From assembly GCA_028280285.1 (NCBI GenBank), contig JANQMA010000042.1, forward strand, positions 3,572 to 67,571: a stretch of DNA of 64,000 nt, read 5' to 3'. A model generated the notes under the pieces. That model worked only from the letters and a program-made list of their open reading frames with translations, was not told the DNA's origin and did not search any database. The stretch is from Candidatus Omnitrophota bacterium. Its GTDB lineage: Bacteria; Omnitrophota; Gorgyraeia; Zapsychrales; Zapsychraceae. Below are positions 58,789 to 64,000 of the stretch, in pieces. Positions within the stretch are counted from its first letter, which is position 1. Every line of letters begins with the position of its first letter. The position numbers and the translations under genes are program-made.

Positions 58789-60187
58789 TGATAAAGACTA
58801 TAAATTGTTAATTGTTGATGATGAACCGCTGATCCGTGAATCACTTTTTGAGATTCTGCGCATTCAAGGTTATAGTGTGCGTATTGCGGCAACTGCTGAA
58901 GAGGCGCTCGAGCTTATGGCGCAGGAGCCGAGCGATATTATTTTAACCGACATGAAGCTTCCTAAAATGAGCGGTATTGAGTTGCTTGAAGCGGTTAAGG
59001 AAAAGTACCCACAAACAGGTGTTATATTGATCACCGGATACGGGTCGATTGAAACAGCTGTTGATGCCATGAAAAAAGGTGCGTTTGATTATATCACCAA
59101 GCCAATCAATGATAACGAAATTAAGCTGACGATCAGACGCATTATTCAACAACATCAACTGATTGCCGAAAATACGCAGCTTAAAACCATGATTGCCAAT
59201 GAAGGCCGTGGTTCTTATGGTGATATGATCGGCTCAAGCCCTAAAATGCAGAAGATTTACCATGTGATTGACTCGGTTGCCAGTACCAATGCAACGATAT
59301 TGATTAGTGGAGAGAGTGGAACGGGAAAAGGTCTTATTGCAAGAGCTATTCATGCCGCCGATAAAACACGCCAAGAAAAGCCTTTTGTCGAGGTGAGTTG
59401 CGGGGCTTTATCGGAAACCCTCCTGGAGAGTGAACTATTTGGCCATGTTAAGGGGTCTTTTACCGGGGCTATTAAAGATAAGCAAGGACGATTTGAATAT
59501 GCCGATGGAGGAACTATATTTTTAGATGAGATCGATGCTTTTTCTTTGAGTCTACAGGTGAAACTATTACGTGTTCTTCAGGACGGAGTGTATGAACGTG
59601 TGGGGGATAATGTGACGCGCACCAGCAATGCGCGTATTATTGTGGCCACCAATAAAAATTTGCTGGACTTAATTGATCGGGAGGAGTTCCGTGAGGACTT
59701 ATATTACCGCATTAATGTGATTGCTATTCAACCGCCGCCGCTTAGGGAGCGCAAAGAAGATATTCAATTGATTGTTGATTATTATCTGAAAAAATATAGT
59801 AAGGCGAATAATAAATCCATTTCCGGTTTATCGGATGAGGTTGCTCAGATGTTTCAGGCCTATGATTGGCCGGGTAATATACGGGAACTTGAGAATGTGA
59901 TTGAAGGGGCTGTTATTATGGCGTGTGATTCTATTGTTGAAAAGGATGATATTCCTCATGCTGCCAAATTTGAAGGCAAAGAAACGCGCAGTGCTGATGA
60001 GGTGTTGAAAGAGCAGTCTTTGAAAAAATTTGTCGAGATGCCGGAGAAGGAACACATTATCACAGTCCTTGATAGCTGCAATTGGAATCGTAACAAAGCA
60101 GCGGCAATCCTAGGTATTAACCGGACAACTCTTTATAATAAAATGAAAAAGTACGATATTTTAGAAAAGTCGTCCAATAATGGCTGA
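58781..60187 (+). CDS. NtrC-family sigma54-dependent response regulator
   Basis: Receiver (VDDE, TDMKLP), GESGTGK, ESELFGHVKGSFTGA, WPGNIRELEN, Fis-type HTH. Confidence 0.95.
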   Translation: MSNDKDYKLLIVDDEPLIRESLFEILRIQGYSVRIAATAEEALELMAQEPSDIILTDMKLPKMSGIELLEAVKEKYPQTGVILITGYGSIETAVDAMKKGAFDYITKPINDNEIKLTIRRIIQQHQLIAENTQLKTMIANEGRGSYGDMIGSSPKMQKIYHVIDSVASTNATILISGESGTGKGLIARAIHAADKTRQEKPFVEVSCGALSETLLESELFGHVKGSFTGAIKDKQGRFEYADGGTIFLDEIDAFSLSLQVKLLRVLQDGVYERVGDNVTRTSNARIIVATNKNLLDLIDREEFREDLYYRINVIAIQPPPLRERKEDIQLIVDYYLKKYSKANNKSISGLSDEVAQMFQAYDWPGNIRELENVIEGAVIMACDSIVEKDDIPHAAKFEGKETRSADEVLKEQSLKKFVEMPEKEHIITVLDSCNWNRNKAAAILGINRTTLYNKMKKYDILEKSSNNG

Positions 60188-61199
60188 TCCAAAGAAAAAA
60201 CTTAAAGCCAAAGAGCTTATCAATAAAGACAAATGGTGGGACATGTTATCCCGCATGATTGATGTTCTTCAGATCAATTTGTTTATTGTTGATGATCTCG
60301 GTCAGATTGTTTTACCGCCTGAGGAATCTCGTTTCGGTGGAAAACTTATCGTCGGGAATTTTTTTGATATAGATTTTCTGGCCCATCAGGTTATTATTCC
60401 TGAAGCTTTTAAAAAGTATGGAAAATATTTTGAGTATGAAACCTCTTTTGGGCTTAAACTTTTTGCACTGCCGATTGTTGCAAAGGAGCGCACCATTGCT
60501 TATTTAATTGCCGGCCCACTTATCCTTAACCGTCGTCCGTCGATTCAAGAATCTGAAGATTTAGCCGCCCGGTTAGGTGTTGACAGTAATACCATTGTTG
60601 ATCAGTTCAGCACATTACGTGTTACGTCAAATGTCATGATTAATTCTATATTGGATTTACTTTCGGAAGTTCTGAACAATACCGTTGCGCTGACTTTGAC
60701 CGAAAGAGTTTTAGAGAGGGAAGAAAACGAGCATTTAATCACCCATGCGCAGAAGTTGGAAGCTGAAGAGATTTATGCGCGTGTCGGTTTTGATGAAATG
60801 CTTATTACACTTCTGGATGTTGCACTTAAGATGACGGATACGGAGTGTGGCTCAATTATGCTTTTGGATGAGGCTAATAATGTGTTGATGGTTAAAGCGG
60901 CGCGTGGGCTTAAATCTGAGGTTGTCAATACGGGCAGGACACGCTTAGGTGAAGGTATTGCCGGTATAGCGGCCGAGCACAATGAATCCTATTTTATTCG
61001 AGGGGTCGAGTCTAATAATAATCGTATTGCGCATCTGCTTAAACGGGGCGATATTAAAAATGCCCTGGTTATGCCGCTGGTTACCGAAAATCGTGTTTTC
61101 GGGGTGCTTAATCTTCACACCAAGCGTGAAAACGATAAACTTGAATCTAATATTGAAAATCTGCAGTATTTATCCCAATTAATTTCTTCCGATAGTTGA
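60180..61199 (+). CDS. PocR-like plus GAF sensory protein without output domain
   Basis: N-terminal FGLKLFALPI...YLIAGP (PocR-like); C-terminal GSIMLLD..GEGIAG..MPL..VFGVLNL (GAF). Confidence 0.7.
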   Translation: MADPKKKLKAKELINKDKWWDMLSRMIDVLQINLFIVDDLGQIVLPPEESRFGGKLIVGNFFDIDFLAHQVIIPEAFKKYGKYFEYETSFGLKLFALPIVAKERTIAYLIAGPLILNRRPSIQESEDLAARLGVDSNTIVDQFSTLRVTSNVMINSILDLLSEVLNNTVALTLTERVLEREENEHLITHAQKLEAEEIYARVGFDEMLITLLDVALKMTDTECGSIMLLDEANNVLMVKAARGLKSEVVNTGRTRLGEGIAGIAAEHNESYFIRGVESNNNRIAHLLKRGDIKNALVMPLVTENRVFGVLNLHTKRENDKLESNIENLQYLSQLISSDS

Positions 61200-61242
61200 T
61201 ATTTTTCAATAAACATATTGTTGATATATTTATAATAAAGAA

Positions 61243-61456
61243 TTGGCAGATAGTATTCCCGAGCGAGTTACGGTGTACACCTTTTTCTATAGAAAAAGGT
61301 AGCGCAGCGTTTGTTTGAGCGAAGAATACTATCTGCCAAACAAAGGCTCTCGTTAGGCTTCTGCATTGGTTGCTCTGCTCCGTGCGCCGTGGATTTTCAC
61401 TCTTCGCAAGCGGCTTAAGTCGCATTGCAATCCAATGCAAACGGCTAACTCGAGTC
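61243..61456. repeat. Two adjacent long structured intergenic elements (MITE/REP-like or ncRNA)
   Basis: 16-bp perfect inverted repeat 61243-61258 / 61324-61339, inner 22-bp palindrome 61279-61300, second stem GTTAG..TGCATTGG..TTGC / GCAA.TCCAATGCA..CTAAC. Confidence 0.65.
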
Positions 61457-61548
61457 GGTATAATAGATAGTTGCCATATTAGATATATATATTATACTTA
61501 TTATTAATATTCATTAAAGTAAGATAACCTTATGTAAGGGAATATTTT

Positions 61549-62580
61549 ATGAAAAAATCGATTATGGTTACAGGTGGTGCCGGGTATATAGGCTCACACA
61601 CGGTCGTGGCATTGGTTGAGGCCGGGTATGAGCCGGTGATTGTGGATAATTTTTCCAATGCGGATCATACTGCCATAAAAGGACTTAAGACGATTTTAGG
61701 TTTTGACGTTAAGTTGTATGAAGGCGATTGCACTGATATGGCCTTTATGCGCTCGGTGTTTGCAGCAGAAAAAGACATTGTCGGGGTTATTCATTTTGCC
61801 GCGTTTAAAGCGGTCGGAGAGTCGGTTCAAAAGCCGGCTATGTATTATGAAAACAATCTTGACTCTTTACTGACGGTTATAAAAGCTATGGGGGAGGCAG
61901 ATGTGTCTCATTTTGTCTTTTCTTCATCCTGTACGGTTTATGGGCAGCCGGAAAGTTTGCCGGTGACAGAAGATACGCCAAAGCAGCCGGCCGAGTCGCC
62001 TTATGGGGCAACCAAATTAATGTGTGAACAGATTATTGAAGACCATTGTAAAAGTGGGGCGGCTTTTAAGGCGGTTGCGCTAAGATATTTTAATCCAATC
62101 GGTGCACATCCGTCAGCAGTTATTGGGGAATTGCCTTTAGGGGTTCCGGCTAATCTCGTGCCTTTTATTACACAAACGGCAGCGGGGATACGCGAGCAAT
62201 TAACTGTTTTTGGCAATGATTATGATACACAAGACGGATCGTGTATAAGGGATTATATTCACGTCATGGATTTAGCGGATGCCCATGTTAAGGCCCTAAG
62301 CTATTTGGATGAGCAGACAAATACCAGTTTTCATGATGTTTTTAATGTGGGTACCGGTCAGGGGAATACGGTACTTGAGGTTGTTGGCGCGTTTCAAAAG
62401 GTTAGTGGGGTTAAATTGAACTATGTTATTGGCAGCAGACGCCCAGGGGATATTGAGAAAATTTATGCCAATGCGGATAAGGTTAATACTGTTTTAAAAT
62501 GGCAGGCTAAACGCAGTTTAGAAGAGGCCTTGTGTGATGCTTGGGCCTGGCAAGAGCATTTAGGAAGGGTGAAAGCGTAA
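61549..62580 (+). CDS. galE: UDP-glucose 4-epimerase
   Basis: TGGAGYIGSHT, HFAAFKAVGES, PYGATK, LRYFNPIGAH, RDYIHVMDLA. Confidence 0.97.
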   Translation: MKKSIMVTGGAGYIGSHTVVALVEAGYEPVIVDNFSNADHTAIKGLKTILGFDVKLYEGDCTDMAFMRSVFAAEKDIVGVIHFAAFKAVGESVQKPAMYYENNLDSLLTVIKAMGEADVSHFVFSSSCTVYGQPESLPVTEDTPKQPAESPYGATKLMCEQIIEDHCKSGAAFKAVALRYFNPIGAHPSAVIGELPLGVPANLVPFITQTAAGIREQLTVFGNDYDTQDGSCIRDYIHVMDLADAHVKALSYLDEQTNTSFHDVFNVGTGQGNTVLEVVGAFQKVSGVKLNYVIGSRRPGDIEKIYANADKVNTVLKWQAKRSLEEALCDAWAWQEHLGRVKA

Positions 62581-63555
62581 ATGGCAAAGACGATTCTTTT
62601 AACAGGTGCAGCTGGTTTTGTGGGGGCGGCTACAGCCCAAAAGCTTCTTGCACGCGGCGTGCATGTTGTTGGTGTTGATAATATGAATGACTACTATGAC
62701 GTGCGTCTTAAAAATCATCGTTTAAAAACACTCAAAGGGCAGCATAATTTTACGTTTCATAGACTAGACATTGAAAATTTAAAAGCTCTTAAAAGAATTT
62801 TCAAAAAATACACATTTAATGCGGTCATCAATTTAGCCGCACGCGCCGGGGTTCGCTATAGTCTGGTTAATCCGCATGTGTATTATTCAACCAATACGCA
62901 AGGTACGGTTAATTTGCTTGAACTTTGCAAAGATTTTGATGTTAAAAAATTTGTTCTAGCTTCAACGTCTTCTCTTTATGCTGGTCAGAAAATGCCTTTT
63001 GTCGAAACGCTTGAAGTCAACAGGCCGATTTCGCCCTATGCGGCAAGCAAGAAGGGGGCGGAGGTAAGTTGTTATGCCTATCATTATATCTATGGGATTG
63101 ATGTGACGGTGCTGCGTTACTTTACTGTTTATGGACCGGCCGGTCGACCTGATATGTCTGTTTTAAGATTTATTAAATGGGTTGAAGAGGGTGTGCCCAT
63201 TAAGCTTTTCGGTGATGGCTCACAAAGCAGGGATTTTACTTATATTGATGATATTGCCAACGGAACAGTTAAGGCCCTTAAAAGAGTCGGGTTTGAGGCC
63301 ATTAACTTAGGAGGAGGTAATAATCCCTATACACTTAAATCTCTTATCCGAATTATTGAACAAAATTTGGGTAAACAAGCAAAAATTAAAAAGCTTCCCT
63401 TTTCTAAGGTTGATATGAAAACAACGTGGGCCGATATTACCAAAGCTAAAAAGCTGCTTAAATGGCAACCAAAAATCGGATTGGAAGAGGGTATTGGCAA
63501 ATCAGTTCAATGGTATTTGGCCAACAAAAAGTGGCTTAAGCACCTTGAGGTATGA
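62581..63555 (+). CDS. NAD-dependent epimerase, UDP-glucuronate 4-epimerase-like
   Basis: TGAAGFVG, NDYYDVRLK, LAARAGVRYS, SPYAASKK, FTVYGPAGRPDM. Confidence 0.9.
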   Translation: MAKTILLTGAAGFVGAATAQKLLARGVHVVGVDNMNDYYDVRLKNHRLKTLKGQHNFTFHRLDIENLKALKRIFKKYTFNAVINLAARAGVRYSLVNPHVYYSTNTQGTVNLLELCKDFDVKKFVLASTSSLYAGQKMPFVETLEVNRPISPYAASKKGAEVSCYAYHYIYGIDVTVLRYFTVYGPAGRPDMSVLRFIKWVEEGVPIKLFGDGSQSRDFTYIDDIANGTVKALKRVGFEAINLGGGNNPYTLKSLIRIIEQNLGKQAKIKKLPFSKVDMKTTWADITKAKKLLKWQPKIGLEEGIGKSVQWYLANKKWLKHLEV

Positions 63556-63733
63556 GTATGACATTGGCTTATAAGCGCGCGCCATAATCTATGACCGCAA
63601 TGGTCAGATAATCGCAAAAAAGACAACGCAGCAACCATAATTTTTAATCCAAAACAAATTCTATCCAATCACTAGCATAAAAAAGAGAGGTGCTTTTATT
63701 TCAATTAGGCATTGCAGCAGATCTATCCATAGG

Positions 63734-63793
63734 TTATTATGAGCATATGCTCATAATAAAGCATGGTTTATTTTAAGCATATGCTCATAAATA
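63734..63793. promoter_or_regulatory. Tandem palindromic operators upstream of the DUF134 gene
   Basis: Perfect 26-bp TTATTATGAGCATATGCTCATAATAA (63734-63759) plus a near copy centred 34 bp downstream. Confidence 0.8.
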
Positions 63794-63817
63794 ATAGACG
63801 TTTGAAGGGAGGTTTAA

Positions 63818-64000
63818 ATGGATAAAGGGCGCAGAAAAAAGGTCCGTTTTGTACAAAAAATGCCGGCGATTAAAACATTTTCCCCGCGTGGAAAGGCCGG
63901 CCGGCCGGATGAAGTGTTGTTGACGATTGATCAATTTGAAGCGATTAAGCTGGCCGATTATCAAGGGTATAATCAGGCTGAAGGTGCTGTGGCTATGGGG
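63818..64000 (+). CDS. DUF134 family DNA-binding protein, 3'-truncated by the window edge
   Basis: Own translation MDKGRRKKVRFV...FSPRG...LTIDQFEAIKLADYQGYNQAEGAVAMG; GGAGG RBS; absent from the ORF track. Confidence 0.85.
   Translation, partial: MDKGRRKKVRFVQKMPAIKTFSPRGKAGRPDEVLLTIDQFEAIKLADYQGYNQAEGAVAMG

Noticed and set aside
61147-61440. 97-aa minus-strand ORF
   Set aside because: It crosses a palindromic repeat region, has no motif or RBS, and is better explained as structured non-coding DNA
114-62216. Numerous short antisense or alternative-frame ORFs in the track (e.g. 10700-11044, 13698-14045, 24902-25234, 35763-36134, 47857-48183)
   Set aside because: They lie within well-supported genes, show no recognisable motifs and look like shadow ORFs
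63556-63733. Possible small gene or pseudogene after the epimerase
   Set aside because: Only short, stop-interrupted frames without recognisable similarity
1-64000. tRNA, rRNA, prophage or defence systems
   Set aside because: No cloverleaf/T-loop signatures, rRNA-like tracts, phage structural genes or recognisable defence genes were seen by eye

Overview
A 64 kb AT-rich bacterial chromosomal segment, gene-dense and mostly on the + strand. It comes from a diderm organism; gene style suggests a PVC/Omnitrophota-like lineage, but that is a weak inference. Five blocks are visible. (1) 1-10.3 kb: 3' part of hemL, an arsenite-methyltransferase / TIGR04282-TIGR04283-type glycosyltransferase cluster, and sugar-nucleotide genes. 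(2) rpoN, divergent from a ~30 kb Wzx/Wzy-type exopolysaccharide locus of the PEP-CTERM/exosortase type, with a sulfotransferase plus cysC and acyl/amido/methyl decorating enzymes. (3) Exosortase and EpsI, then a sigma54-driven unit encoding a priming sugar transferase that carries an internal PEP-CTERM motif, followed by a classical PEP-CTERM protein. (4) An N-acyl-lipid-like synthesis/export module (ExoAT/FeeM-like acyltransferase, acyl ligase-ACP-PlsC fusion, PaaK-like ligase, Lol-like ABC system) interrupted by a 709-bp IS1595-family element. (5) A GAF histidine kinase and NtrC-type activator, a PocR-GAF protein, galE, a uronate epimerase and a partial DUF134 gene. The most notable observations are the signal-peptide/PEP-CTERM/phosphoglycosyl-transferase fusion, a readable sigma54 circuit (three -24/-12 promoters including one in front of rpoN, shared TGT-N12-ACA palindromes, a BldC-like regulator), and about ten intergenic heptamer-repeat palindromes, some of which occur as inverted pairs bracketing genes. 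All product calls come from motif recognition by eye; no database searches were run.
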